DNA of 64,000 nucleotides from Thermoanaerobaculia bacterium (GCA_038253555.1 JBBSGZ010000003.1:13-64012), one strand, 5' to 3'. Shown: positions 1-9,276, numbered from the stretch's first letter. Numbers and translations: made by a program. The notes: generated from the letters alone by a model not told the origin.

Positions 1-53
1 TACCGTTCCTCCACGGTCAGCTCCAACTCCGGAATCGGTCGGCCTCGTCGCAT
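1..53 (-). CDS. 5' end (17 codons) of a gene running off the left edge; possible IS630-family-like transposase N-terminus
   Basis: ATG at 53-51 (minus strand) with AAGGGAGA about 5 nt upstream. The translation MRRGRPIPELELTVEER resembles the HTH N-terminal pattern (basic stretch, L-x-L-[ST]-x-EER) that I recall from IS630-type transposases. It is far too short to be sure. Confidence 0.2.
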   Translation of the reverse strand, partial: MRRGRPIPELELTVEER

Positions 54-473
54 CGGTATCTCCCTTCTGTATACCGAAAACCCACGAGGCCAATATTATG
101 TTCCATGACTTATGACTCGGGACACTAGCAGGCTGCTGAAAAATGGATGCGGCCATCCTGTCCGGCCTTTCGCAGATGGCGATGAAGGTGGAGCTGAGTG
201 GAAGCGAAACTTTTCATTGTGAGGATGAGGGAGCAAGAGGTCAGGCGCAAGCGGTTGCGGCGGCGCGGCACCCTCTGGGGAGTTGCCGCTCGACGGGTTC
301 TAACGCGCCGTCCCGGCGCGGGATGCCACTGCATCGCCTTCGTCGCGGCTCCCTGCAGCCGGCGGGGCGGCGCTCGCAACGCCCCTTCTCACCCTTTTTC
401 AGCAACCCGATAGGGCCTCTTCGGTTCAAGACGGCCCGCGCGCGCGGCTTCTGAGCTTTCGAGAACCACCCCG

Positions 474-2078
474 GTGAGGGCCGCGCGCGCGACGCTGCTC
501 GTCGGACTTCTGCTCGTCGCCGTCTGCACCGCGGCGCCGGAGTCGGTCTCCGGGGACGCCGGCGGGCCGCGCATCGGCGAAATCCGCATCCGAGCGCTCG
601 ACGTGTATTCGCCGGAAGAGGCCGCGCGAGGCTGGCTCTACAGGACGGCGGACGCCGTCCGCTTCTCGACCTCGGAAAACGTCATCCGCAAATTCCTTCT
701 CTTCCACGAGGGCGACGTCCTGGATCCCGCGAGACTCGCCGAGACGGAACGCAACCTGCGTGCCCTTCCGTTTTTGAAGGCCGCGTCGGTCCGCGCGCTC
801 CCTCCGCGCGATGGTGTCGCGGACGTCGAGATCGTCACTCAGGATTCCTGGACCACGCAGCCGGGTCTCTCGTTCGGCGGAAAAGGCGGCGTGACGACGT
901 ACGGGTTCGATCTGCAGGAAAAGGATTTTCTCGGGACGGGACGCCAGATCGCCCTCGGCTACGACAAGGGGCCGGAGCGTACGAATCGGGTCATCGATTA
1001 CACGGACCCGTACCTCCTCGGCGCTTACTGGAAAGGCGACTTCGCGTATTCGTCGAATTCCGACGGCACCGAGAGCCGCGTTTTCGTCGGGCGGCCGTTC
1101 GTTTCGTTCGTCGACCGTCGCGCCGCCGACCTCCTCCTGGACCGGCTGACGTTGAACGCCCGGATCTTCGCCAATGGAGAAACGCTGTCGCGATATCGCC
1201 AGCGACACCAGGAGGTCACGGCGCACTACGGCGTGGCGCTCGAGGCCACCGACGCGAGAGCGCGCCGGCTTTTTCTCGGGTTTCGCGGATTCGAGGACCG
1301 ATTCGAGCTTCTGAAAACGAGTCCCTCCGCGGTTCTTCCCGCCGACCGGCGGTTCCGATTCGTGACACTCGGATACGAGGACGTTCAAAACGCGTACCTG
1401 AAAATGAACTACATCAATCGGGACGTGCGATACGAGGACTTCAACCTCGGTCGCAGGATCACGGCCGAAATCGGCGCGTCGCCTTCAGGCTCGCGCGGCG
1501 CCAGAACCACGGGACTCGTGCGCCTCGCCCTTTCTCAGGGTTGGCGTATAGCGGACGAAAGCTTTCTGACGGCGAGGCTCGGTTATGAAACGCGCTGGGA
1601 CGGAGCGCCGGCCAACGAAATCGTCTCCGGGAGTCTTTTCTTCGCTCACAAATTCTCGGGCTCGATGCTCGAGACCTTCGTTTCGCGTCTCCTTTTTGAT
1701 CGCGGGTGGAACCTCGACCGCGACGTGCAGTTCTTCGCGGACGGGCAGAACGGTCTCCGGGGATACCGGCTGTATGCCTTCGAAGGAGACAAGCGCCTCG
1801 TCTGGAACGCGGAACAGCGTTTTTTTCTGGGTCGGGAGTTCCTGCAGCTCTTCTCCCCCGGAGCGGCGGTCTTTCTCGATACCGGGGCGGCGACGCCGGC
1901 GGGTCGGCCGCTGCGATTTCGGGACTTCAAGAGCGATGTGGGGGTCGGCCTGCGGATCGCGATCACGCGCGCGTCGACGAACAGCGTCCTGCGTTTCGAC
2001 GTCGCGTACGCGCTGAACCCGGACGCCCGCGGGCGGCGGGGGTTCCTGGTCTCTTTCTCGAGCGGACAGGTTTTCTAG
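474..2078 (+). CDS. Omp85/BamA-TamA family outer-membrane protein (POTRA plus surface-antigen beta-barrel)
   Basis: GTG start. Signal peptide MRAARATLLVGLLLVAVCTAAP. POTRA-like N-terminal segment (IGEIRIRALDVYSPEE...FLLFHEGDVLD). Long beta-rich C-terminal part ending in an aromatic residue (SSGQVF), typical of OMP barrels. Confidence 0.75.
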   Translation: MRAARATLLVGLLLVAVCTAAPESVSGDAGGPRIGEIRIRALDVYSPEEAARGWLYRTADAVRFSTSENVIRKFLLFHEGDVLDPARLAETERNLRALPFLKAASVRALPPRDGVADVEIVTQDSWTTQPGLSFGGKGGVTTYGFDLQEKDFLGTGRQIALGYDKGPERTNRVIDYTDPYLLGAYWKGDFAYSSNSDGTESRVFVGRPFVSFVDRRAADLLLDRLTLNARIFANGETLSRYRQRHQEVTAHYGVALEATDARARRLFLGFRGFEDRFELLKTSPSAVLPADRRFRFVTLGYEDVQNAYLKMNYINRDVRYEDFNLGRRITAEIGASPSGSRGARTTGLVRLALSQGWRIADESFLTARLGYETRWDGAPANEIVSGSLFFAHKFSGSMLETFVSRLLFDRGWNLDRDVQFFADGQNGLRGYRLYAFEGDKRLVWNAEQRFFLGREFLQLFSPGAAVFLDTGAATPAGRPLRFRDFKSDVGVGLRIAITRASTNSVLRFDVAYALNPDARGRRGFLVSFSSGQVF

Positions 2079-2140
2079 GTCCTCCGTCGAGCCGGCGCGC
2101 CTCACCGGCGAGGAGACGACGCCCGAGCGATGGCGGGCTC

Positions 2141-4432
2141 TCAGGTCCGAAGGCGCAGCAGCAGCCACGTCGCGGCGATCGCGGCGAGCACCGCGGGCGA
2201 CCAAGCGGCGAGGACGGCCGGGAGCGCGCCGACCTCTCCCACCTTCGTGAAAAAAGCGCCCGCGATCAGGAACACCATCCCGAGCCCCAGGCCCACGCCG
2301 ATTCCGGCGAGCGTGCCTTTTTTGCCGATCCGGAAGGCGAACGGAACGGCGAGGAGCGCCAGCAGGGGAATCAGCAGGGGAGTCGAGAGCTTGGCGTGGA
2401 GCGCGGTGTCTAAGACACTCGTCGGATAGCCGCTCGCTCTCAACCGCCGCGCGTAGCGCTGCAGCTCGCGAAACCGCATCTCGTCGGCGCCCCGGCGATC
2501 GCGCGTGAAGGTCTTCGGCGGATCTCCGCCGACGCGCTCCTCGAGATACGTGCGGTAGGAGGCCTCGGATGAGATCCCGAAGGTGCGGCTCCAGCCCTGG
2601 CGCAAGACCCACAGCCTGCCGTCCCACGCCGCTTCCCGAGCCGAGTCGCGCCGCGTGACCTCGAAGCTGTCGGAGAACTGAAACACGCTGGGCGAGAGGA
2701 GGATGCCCTTTTCCGGGTCGGTGGCGTCCTGGTGCCATATCGCGCGGCCGGGCCCGTAGTGCCATCGCCGTTCGGTCGGGGTCGACAGCCCGTAATCCAC
2801 GGGCCGGCCATAAATGATGTTCTTGTATTGGGCCTGTTTCCGCTGAGCCGCCGGGACGATGTACTCGCCCGCCGCGAACGCCAGACCCGCCGCGAGCACG
2901 GCCAGGACAACGATTGGAGCGCCGAGACGATGCAGCGACACGCCGTTTGCGCGAAAAGCCGTGTCCTCGTTGTTGCGCGACAGAATGCCGAGCGCGATCA
3001 GAGTGGAGAGGAGGATTCCGAACGGGGCGATCTGCAGCGAGATCGTCAGGAGAAAATTGCGGTAGTACCCGAGGATGACGTCCGCGCTGGGTCGGTTCTT
3101 CGCGATCTTGTCGATGTGCTCGGCGTAGTCGACGATGACCGCGAGCAGAAGCACCGATGCGGCGACTAAGAAGAACACGGAAAGAAACCGGCCCAGAACG
3201 TACCGGTCGAGAAGGGTGGGGAAGCGCAGGAGACCCGACAGGGCGGACCGGCGCGCCGGTTCCGGGCGCGCCACTTCCGGTTTCTCTCCGGCGGCTCGCG
3301 GCCGCCGCAGAAATCCCCAGCGTCCCCGTTCCCGGCCCCCGCGCACCATGGCGGCTCCGCCGAGACAGAGAAGGACGACGTTGGGAAGCCAGATCGCGAC
3401 CCCTGGAGAAAGCCGCCCTTCCTGCGCCCAGGTCTCCCCGCTCGAGAGCAGCACGTAGTAAAGCACGATCAATGCGAGCGACAGGGCGAAGCCGCTGCCC
3501 CTGCCTCCCCGCCGGGAGGTCTCCGCGAGCGGAATGCCCACGATCGCGAAGGCGAGACACGCGAACGGAATGGAGAGCTTTTTGTGGATCTCGACCCAGG
3601 CCAGGCGGTACTGCTCGGGAGGGAGCTTTGAGCCCTCCCGGACGGTTGCCAGAAGCTCCGACAGCGATTGCGAGCGGAGGGCCTTGTCAAACGAAACCTG
3701 CGTGGAGACGGGATTGCCGACGTCGCCCGCAAGCAGGATTCGCTGCGTTTCGTTGCGGTTGGTGCGGTAACGGGAAGGGTCCGCGGGGTTGAAATCGTGC
3801 AGAGTGGAAGAGACGAGGTCGAGCCAGAGATGGTCGCCTTCGAGGTTCAAGGTCCCTCTGCGGGCGACGATGATCTGCTGCGATTTCTCCTCTTCTCCGA
3901 TCTGAAGAAACACTCCCTCGAGCGAACGCCCGTCGGGAGAGGTCCGGTCGAAGAAGAGCGTCAGGCCCGGCCGGACTTCGCGGAAGGTCCGCGGCTGTAC
4001 GACGTTGACGACCGACGTGGCCGCTACGCGGGCCAGGTTCCGGGTGAGGGTGTCGTTCGCCCTGGGGAGGACCACATTGTAAAAGACGAAGACGACCCCG
4101 GCCAGGACAAACGCCGCCGTCAGGGCCGGCCGGGCGATCGCTCCGGGGCCGGCCCCGCAGGCCCGAAGCGCGACAATTTCGGAATCTCCGGAAAGCCGTC
4201 CGATGCCGATCAAGACGCCGAGGAGAAACGCCATGGGAAGCGTCAGCACGATGATCCAGGGCAGAGACAGAACCACGAGCCACAGAACCTCGGGCAAGGT
4301 GGCGCTGCGCCGGACGAAAAAGTCCGCCAGGAAATAGATCGTCCGCACCAGAAGGATGAACGTGTATGCCGAGAAACCCAGAAGAAACGGGGGCCAGATC
4401 TCGCGCAGTACCGACCGGGAGATGAGGCGCAT
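2141..4432 (-). CDS. lptFG: LPS export ABC permease, LptF-like and LptG-like halves fused in one 763-aa ORF
   Basis: ATG at 4432 (MRLISRSVLREIWPPFLLGF..., typical YjgP/YjgQ N-terminus). A second YjgP/YjgQ-type N-terminus (LLDRYVLGRFLSVFFLVAAS...) follows about 385 codons later in the same frame with no stop between. The 82 upstream codons of the track ORF are Pro/Arg-rich and were discarded. Confidence 0.8.
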   Translation of the reverse strand: MRLISRSVLREIWPPFLLGFSAYTFILLVRTIYFLADFFVRRSATLPEVLWLVVLSLPWIIVLTLPMAFLLGVLIGIGRLSGDSEIVALRACGAGPGAIARPALTAAFVLAGVVFVFYNVVLPRANDTLTRNLARVAATSVVNVVQPRTFREVRPGLTLFFDRTSPDGRSLEGVFLQIGEEEKSQQIIVARRGTLNLEGDHLWLDLVSSTLHDFNPADPSRYRTNRNETQRILLAGDVGNPVSTQVSFDKALRSQSLSELLATVREGSKLPPEQYRLAWVEIHKKLSIPFACLAFAIVGIPLAETSRRGGRGSGFALSLALIVLYYVLLSSGETWAQEGRLSPGVAIWLPNVVLLCLGGAAMVRGGRERGRWGFLRRPRAAGEKPEVARPEPARRSALSGLLRFPTLLDRYVLGRFLSVFFLVAASVLLLAVIVDYAEHIDKIAKNRPSADVILGYYRNFLLTISLQIAPFGILLSTLIALGILSRNNEDTAFRANGVSLHRLGAPIVVLAVLAAGLAFAAGEYIVPAAQRKQAQYKNIIYGRPVDYGLSTPTERRWHYGPGRAIWHQDATDPEKGILLSPSVFQFSDSFEVTRRDSAREAAWDGRLWVLRQGWSRTFGISSEASYRTYLEERVGGDPPKTFTRDRRGADEMRFRELQRYARRLRASGYPTSVLDTALHAKLSTPLLIPLLALLAVPFAFRIGKKGTLAGIGVGLGLGMVFLIAGAFFTKVGEVGALPAVLAAWSPAVLAAIAATWLLLRLRT

Positions 4433-4638
4433 TGTGGAACAAGTTATCAGGAGGTGTGGGAGGGGGCGAGCGGGGCGGGGCGGGGTCAAGGGCGAACGGC
4501 GAAGGGCGAAAGGCGGTTGCGGTTGGGAGCCGGGGCGGATGGGGTGCTGGGTATGGTCGGCGACCGCCCGAGGCCCGACATCCCGGGGTCTGCAAGATCG
4601 CCGGCAGGGTGAATTCGGCGGGTTATCGGGGGAAGGTT

Positions 4639-4739
4639 CCGGATTCTGTGAAGTCCCGCCGGGTCGGCGAGAAGCCACACCGGTGCGCGCCAGATTCGTC
4701 TCGGACCCGCCCAGCGCTGCCGGACTTCACAGAGTCCGG
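4639..4739. repeat. Intergenic inverted repeat (18-nt arms, 17/18 complementary, 65-nt spacer)
   Basis: ccggattctgtgaagtcc (4639-4656) versus ggacttcacagagtccgg (4722-4739). It is flanked by the direct repeat tgcaaGatcgccggcagggtg (4591-4611) / tgcaaAatcgccCggcagggtg (4748-4769). Confidence 0.7.
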
Positions 4740-5040
4740 GGACATTATGCAAAATCGCCCGGCAGGGTGGCTTCTTGAGGCGAACCTGGCCAGGAACCCG
4801 ATCTCGGCGCTCAAGCCTCGAACGGCTGGCGATTTTACATAATGTATCTTATCGGACTCTGGACTGGGGCGCGGGGGCCTCCCGGCGCCCGGGTCATGCC
4901 TGGCCTTGTCGCCCCGGTTGAGCCGTTCGCCGACGTCCGCTCAAGGGGTCTTTCCGCCAAATGGGTTTCGGCGTGGCGTCGAAAGGCGCGTTCCCCGTGT
5001 CCGAGCGTCTTGATGAATCCGCCGCTTCTCGACAGTCGCG

Positions 5041-5898
5041 TCAGTGCGTGGGCTTCGGATCTTCCAATTTGATCTCGCCGCTCTCGAGCTGCTCGATGAT
5101 GTCGCGCAGCGTTTCGATCAGTTCGCTCTTCTCCACTGTAGATTTCTGAAAAGAGAGATTGAGTTTGAACGGCGCTCCCTCGGGTTTGTAGACGAAGGAA
5201 AATCGCGGAGCTCTTTCCGGCAGAGGCGCCCCCTCTTTTTTCTGCGCGCGCAGATCGTCTCGCGTAGATCCCGATGCGACGGCTTCGATGGCGTCGCGCA
5301 TTTTTTCCGGATCGTCCAGTCGCGCGATCTGTAAAAGGACGGAACGCGCCGTGATGTCGGCGCGCCGACATTCATCACGGAGGTCTTCAGGGATTGAGAG
5401 GAGCGTCATCGCTTCCGTCACCGATACGCGCGACTTGCCGACCGAATCGGCGATTTGCTGCTGCGTGTAGCCGTGCTTCGCGGCGAGAGACGAGTACCCT
5501 TCCGCCTCCTCAAAAGCATGAAGATCGCGACGGTGAAGATTCTCGATCAAAGCGATTTCGACGACCTCGTTTTCCGGAACGTCGAGCTCGATGCATGGGA
5601 CTTCCGTCAGGCCCGCTTCCATCGCCGCGCGGAATCTCCTCTCCCCCGCGATGATTCGGAACCTTCCGTCCGCGATCGGCTTGACGAGGAGGGGCTCGAG
5701 GACGCCCCTCGCTTCGATCGATCGTCGCAGCTCGGTCAAATCTCCGACGTTCGTGCGCGGCTGCTCCGGATTGGTTTCGATCTCTTCCATCGAGATCCAT
5801 CGCCCGAGCGAGCCCCCGAATCGCGATGACAGCGATTCGACGAAATGAGAGTCGTGCTGCATCCGCGCCTCCACCGGGAGTCCTCTTCTCTTAGACAC
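5041..5898 (-). CDS. parB: Chromosome partitioning protein ParB
   Basis: IIAGERRFRAA ParB box, HTH region (GYTQQQIADSVGKSRVSVTEAM). GTG start overlaps the parA stop by 8 nt. An alternative ATG lies at 5862. Confidence 0.9.
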   Translation of the reverse strand: MSKRRGLPVEARMQHDSHFVESLSSRFGGSLGRWISMEEIETNPEQPRTNVGDLTELRRSIEARGVLEPLLVKPIADGRFRIIAGERRFRAAMEAGLTEVPCIELDVPENEVVEIALIENLHRRDLHAFEEAEGYSSLAAKHGYTQQQIADSVGKSRVSVTEAMTLLSIPEDLRDECRRADITARSVLLQIARLDDPEKMRDAIEAVASGSTRDDLRAQKKEGAPLPERAPRFSFVYKPEGAPFKLNLSFQKSTVEKSELIETLRDIIEQLESGEIKLEDPKPTH

Positions 5899-6646
5899 GG
5901 GACAGCACCTCCTCGGAAAGGGAGTAATACTCCGCCGCCCCGCTCGAGCGCGGCGCGAAAGTAAAGATCGATTCTCGATGCGCCGGACTCTCTTCCAAAC
6001 GCACGCTTTTTGAAATGGTGGTTTTGAAGACCTTGTCGCCGAAGACGGTCGCGATCTGCTCGTAGACGTCTTTTCCGATGACCGTGCGGCGGTCGTGCAA
6101 CGTGACCACGACGCCGAGAATTCGCAGCGTCGGGTTCGGCCGGGCTTTGATCTTCTCTATGGTTTCGAGCAGATCGTCCGTCCCTTCCAGGGCGAAGTAT
6201 GAGGACTGAATCGGGATCAGGATGTGGGAAGACGCGACCATCGCATTTACCGTGATCATCCCCAGAGTGGGAGGGGTGTCGATCAGGATCGCGTCGTAGT
6301 CGCTTCTTGCTCCGTCGATTTTGTCACGCAGGCGGAAGTGCCCGTCGATCTCTCCCAGGAGCTTCGACTCGATTTTGGCCAGCGCAATGCGCGCCGGGGC
6401 GATGTCCAGATTGGGGACCTCGGACTTGCGGACCACGTCCTGGAGCGAAACGGTGGATTCCGTGAGCACATCGAACATTGACTTGTCGACAGTCCGCCGG
6501 TCGACGTACGACATGGTGCTGTTCGCCTGAGGATCCAGGTCGATGAGCAGGGTGCGCATCCCCTTGGAGGCGAGTGCGGCGGCGAGGTTGATGGCCGTGG
6601 TTGTCTTGCCGACGCCACCCTTTTGATTCGTGACGGAGATGATCAC
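5891..6646 (-). CDS. parA: Chromosome partitioning ATPase ParA/Soj
   Basis: Deviant Walker A NQKGGVGKTTTAINLA, followed by LIDLDPQANST. Sits immediately upstream of parB. Confidence 0.95.
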   Translation of the reverse strand: MIISVTNQKGGVGKTTTAINLAAALASKGMRTLLIDLDPQANSTMSYVDRRTVDKSMFDVLTESTVSLQDVVRKSEVPNLDIAPARIALAKIESKLLGEIDGHFRLRDKIDGARSDYDAILIDTPPTLGMITVNAMVASSHILIPIQSSYFALEGTDDLLETIEKIKARPNPTLRILGVVVTLHDRRTVIGKDVYEQIATVFGDKVFKTTISKSVRLEESPAHRESIFTFAPRSSGAAEYYSLSEEVLSRV

Positions 6647-6713
6647 CGGGGAAGAAAGTATCAGTTCTCAGTTTCGAGTTCGCGATGTTTGTCCGCCGAA
6701 GCGGGGCGCCCTT

Positions 6714-6743
6714 AAAAAAAGACACGGATGCGGATCACATCCG
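6714..6743 (-). terminator. Possible intrinsic terminator overlapping the stop of the BFN gene
   Basis: On the minus strand: CGGATG-tgatccg-CATCCG stem-loop (6743-6725), then tgtc plus a T7 run (plus-strand A-run 6714-6720). The stem is only 6 bp. Confidence 0.45.
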
Positions 6744-7214
6744 GTATTTGCCGAGGTCCTCCGGATTCACTTCTTCCAGCCACTTCTTCAGCTTCTCGGG
6801 ATCCGAGGCCCCCTCGGCACGGATCGTCTTGCTGCGCTCTAAGACGTCTTCTTCCACGAAGATCTCCGCCTGCGCGCGCAGCGCCAGAGCGATCGCGTCA
6901 CTCGGGCGGCTGTCAACCGTCCACCGCTCTTCGCCTCGGGAGAGATGAAGGCGGGCAAAAAACGTGTTCTCTTTGAGCTCGTTGACCACGATCCGATCCA
7001 CGTGTACTCCGAGCGTAGCGAGGACATTGTGGAGAAGATCGTGGGTCATAGGGCGCGGCGCCTGGATCTTCTCCATCTCGATGGCGATCGCGTTGGCCTC
7101 GAAAATCCCCACCCAGATCGGCAGGAATGCCCCGTCGTTCTGGTCCCGAAGAATGACCACCGGCATGTTGCTCACCGGGTCCATCAGAAGGCCTTTGATC
7201 TCCATTTTCACCAT
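6735..7214 (-). CDS. Bifunctional nuclease domain (BFN/DUF151) protein
   Basis: The whole length resembles DUF151 proteins (PVVILRD...FLPIWVG..EA.AI......RPMTHDL......V..V.I..L...TF.A.L......VD.RPSDAIALALR). An alternative ATG lies at 7205. Confidence 0.8.
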   Translation of the reverse strand: MVKMEIKGLLMDPVSNMPVVILRDQNDGAFLPIWVGIFEANAIAIEMEKIQAPRPMTHDLLHNVLATLGVHVDRIVVNELKENTFFARLHLSRGEERWTVDSRPSDAIALALRAQAEIFVEEDVLERSKTIRAEGASDPEKLKKWLEEVNPEDLGKYRM

Positions 7215-8605
7215 GGGTGCTCCTCCGGGAGACCGACCGAGGGCGTTCGTAACGGGATCCGGGCGATCAGGGAGTTGGGCAATCCCCGGACGATCTCCAC
7301 GTCGACGTAGCTTCCGGGGGCCGCGGCTCCGTCGCCGTTTTCGATGTGGACCACGCGGTTGCAGGCGGTTCGCCCCCGCAGGAGACCTTTGCGGTCGAGG
7401 TTCTCCACAAGGACCTCGAACCGCTGGCCGACCAGGCTGCCATTGATCTCCGCCTGAATCTGCTCCTGAAGAGCGAGGAGCCGGGCCAGTCTTTCCCCCG
7501 CGACTTCCCCGGGTATTTCCTGCTCACTCCCCCACCGCGCGGACGCGGTCCCAGGACGCGGCGAGTATCGGAACGCAAACACGTGGGCAAAGCGCGCCTC
7601 GCGCATCAGGGAGAGCGTGGCGTCAAAGTCTTCTTCCGTCTCTCCCGGGAAGCCCACGATGAAGTCCGAGGAGAGAGCGATTTCCGGCACGGCCCGTCGG
7701 AAACGTTCGATCGTCGCCATGTACCCGGCCCTGTCGTACCGCCGCTTCATCCGATAGAGAATCCGGTCCGATCCGGACTGCGCGGGGAGGTGAAGGTACG
7801 GAGCGACGGGGATTCCCGCCGCCATGGCCTCTACTAAAGAGTCGTCCACGAGGCTCGGGTGCGACGTAATGAAACGCAGACGCCGCAGACCCGGCACCCG
7901 GGCGGCCCTGCGCAGAAGCTCTCCCAGGCCGAACTTCTCGTCAGGATCCAGGTACGCGTTGACGGTCTGTCCGAGGAGCATGACCTCTCCGTGGCCGCCT
8001 TCGACGAGGGAGCGCACCTCGGCTAAGATCTCCGCCCCGCGCCGACTGCGTTCCCGGCCCCGGGTAAATGGCACGATGCAGAAAGTGCAGAACTGATCGC
8101 AGCCCTCGATAACGGTCACGAACGACTGAAAGGGCGAGCCGCGCCGGATCTGATCGAACCGATAAACCGGAGAATCCGTTGGGAGGTCCGTCGCCAGGAT
8201 CCGGCGCCGCTCGCGGCGGATCTCCTCCACGATTTCTCCCGCGCGTTCGATCTGTCCGGTGCCGAGAACGAAGTCGACGAAGGGCGCGCGCTCCAAGATC
8301 TCGTCCTTTTCGACCTGGGCGACGCAGCCCGTGACGCCGATCACCATCTCGGGATGCTCGCGTTTCCGGCGGGCCAGGACACCCAGAGCGCTGTAGACCT
8401 TGGCCTCCGCCTTTTCGCGTACCGCGCAGGTGTTCAAGAGCACGATGTCGGCATCCTCGTGATCGCCGGCGGGGAGATACCCCCGCCCGTCGAGCTGTCC
8501 GGACATCCGTTCGCCGTCCAGGACATTCATCTGGCAGCCCCAGGTTTCCACCCTGTACGTGCCGTAACAAGCTGATTTTGAACCGTTTATTACCACAGAA
8601 CTCAT
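7208..8605 (-). CDS. miaB: tRNA-i6A37 methylthiotransferase MiaB
   Basis: UPF0004 N-terminal domain (YRVETWGCQMNVLDGERM), radical-SAM CDQFCTFC, C-terminal TRAM-like region. ATG at 8605 overlaps the upstream stop (ATGA). The 41 upstream codons of the track ORF were discarded. Confidence 0.9.
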   Translation of the reverse strand: MSSVVINGSKSACYGTYRVETWGCQMNVLDGERMSGQLDGRGYLPAGDHEDADIVLLNTCAVREKAEAKVYSALGVLARRKREHPEMVIGVTGCVAQVEKDEILERAPFVDFVLGTGQIERAGEIVEEIRRERRRILATDLPTDSPVYRFDQIRRGSPFQSFVTVIEGCDQFCTFCIVPFTRGRERSRRGAEILAEVRSLVEGGHGEVMLLGQTVNAYLDPDEKFGLGELLRRAARVPGLRRLRFITSHPSLVDDSLVEAMAAGIPVAPYLHLPAQSGSDRILYRMKRRYDRAGYMATIERFRRAVPEIALSSDFIVGFPGETEEDFDATLSLMREARFAHVFAFRYSPRPGTASARWGSEQEIPGEVAGERLARLLALQEQIQAEINGSLVGQRFEVLVENLDRKGLLRGRTACNRVVHIENGDGAAAPGSYVDVEIVRGLPNSLIARIPLRTPSVGLPEEHPW

Positions 8606-9276
8606 TCGCGCAGCCAGCCCGGCAGGGCGCCGGCGCGCCTGGCTTTCTCCGGCAAGTCCGCCAGCTCCGCCTCGGCCCGGCTCAGATCTCTTTTCGTCGA
8701 TTCGAGCTCCTCCCGCTTTCTGTCCCATGCGGGCTTGATCACGCCGTCACGATATTGCCCGTCGTCCCACCGGTAAAAATCGTTCGCCAGCTGTTTCGTC
8801 TCAGCTTCGAGCGCCGCGAGTTGCGCGGTCAGTTCCTCGACGCGGCGGCGAGCGGCGTGGGCCGCGTCTCTCCACTTCGCCTCCTCGCTTCCGGGCGTCG
8901 AAGGCGCGAGGACAGGGACGGCTGTTGCCGTCGGGGCGGCGGGCTCCGAGGGGGCCGAGGCGGCGGGACCGCTCACGGGCGTCGGACGCGCTTTCGCCGT
9001 AGAGAGCCGGCCCCGGGACGGATCTTTTACCAGGCTGTCGTTTGTGATCGCGACGGGTTTTTGCTCCCGGCTGTGGCGGGAGCCGCCGGCCGCGCGGACG
9101 ACGTCGGCGAGCGACTGGCCGTCCGGCGAGCCCGGAACGGGAGTCCGACCGAACCCTCCGGAGAGCCGGGGCCCGGGGGTCGGCGTTGGAGACGCGGGAA
9201 CGGCCGAAGCCGTGATTCCCTGGAGGACGAGGAAGGCGGCTCCGAGGATGATGCGTCGCAGGGTCCGGAGGGTCAT
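8602..9276 (-). CDS. Secreted hypothetical protein with Pro/Ala/Ser-rich middle and coiled-coil C-terminus
   Basis: ATG at 9276 gives the signal peptide MTLRTLRRIILGAAFLVLQGITASA. C-terminal heptad-like segment RRRVEELTAQLAALEAETKQL...ELESTKRDLSRAEAELADL. ATGA overlaps with both neighbours. Confidence 0.55.
   Translation of the reverse strand: MTLRTLRRIILGAAFLVLQGITASAVPASPTPTPGPRLSGGFGRTPVPGSPDGQSLADVVRAAGGSRHSREQKPVAITNDSLVKDPSRGRLSTAKARPTPVSGPAASAPSEPAAPTATAVPVLAPSTPGSEEAKWRDAAHAARRRVEELTAQLAALEAETKQLANDFYRWDDGQYRDGVIKPAWDRKREELESTKRDLSRAEAELADLPEKARRAGALPGWLRE

Noticed and set aside
54-473. Gene-free region upstream of the Omp85 gene, scanned by eye for RNase P, tmRNA, SRP RNA and common riboswitch signatures; ORFs 143-454 and 198-413 also considered
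   Set aside because: I recognised no conserved RNA motifs. The ORF translations turn Arg-rich after about 30 residues and lack any family resemblance. The region is left unannotated.
3230-3340. Possibility that lptF and lptG are two separate genes
   Set aside because: There is no stop codon anywhere in the 763-codon frame. An internal GTG (3274) could add a separate LptG product, but the LptF reading frame would still read through.
1485-3560. 691-aa minus-strand ORF spanning the Omp85 gene and part of lptFG
   Set aside because: The composition is Arg/Pro/Gly-rich. It overlaps two genes that have clear family motifs, and it has no motifs of its own.
4639-4739. Inverted repeat next to parB, considered as parS
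   Set aside because: The arms (CTGTGAAGTCC) do not match the TGTTNCACGTGAAACA parS consensus and are 65 nt apart rather than forming a 16-bp palindrome. It is kept only as an unexplained repeat.
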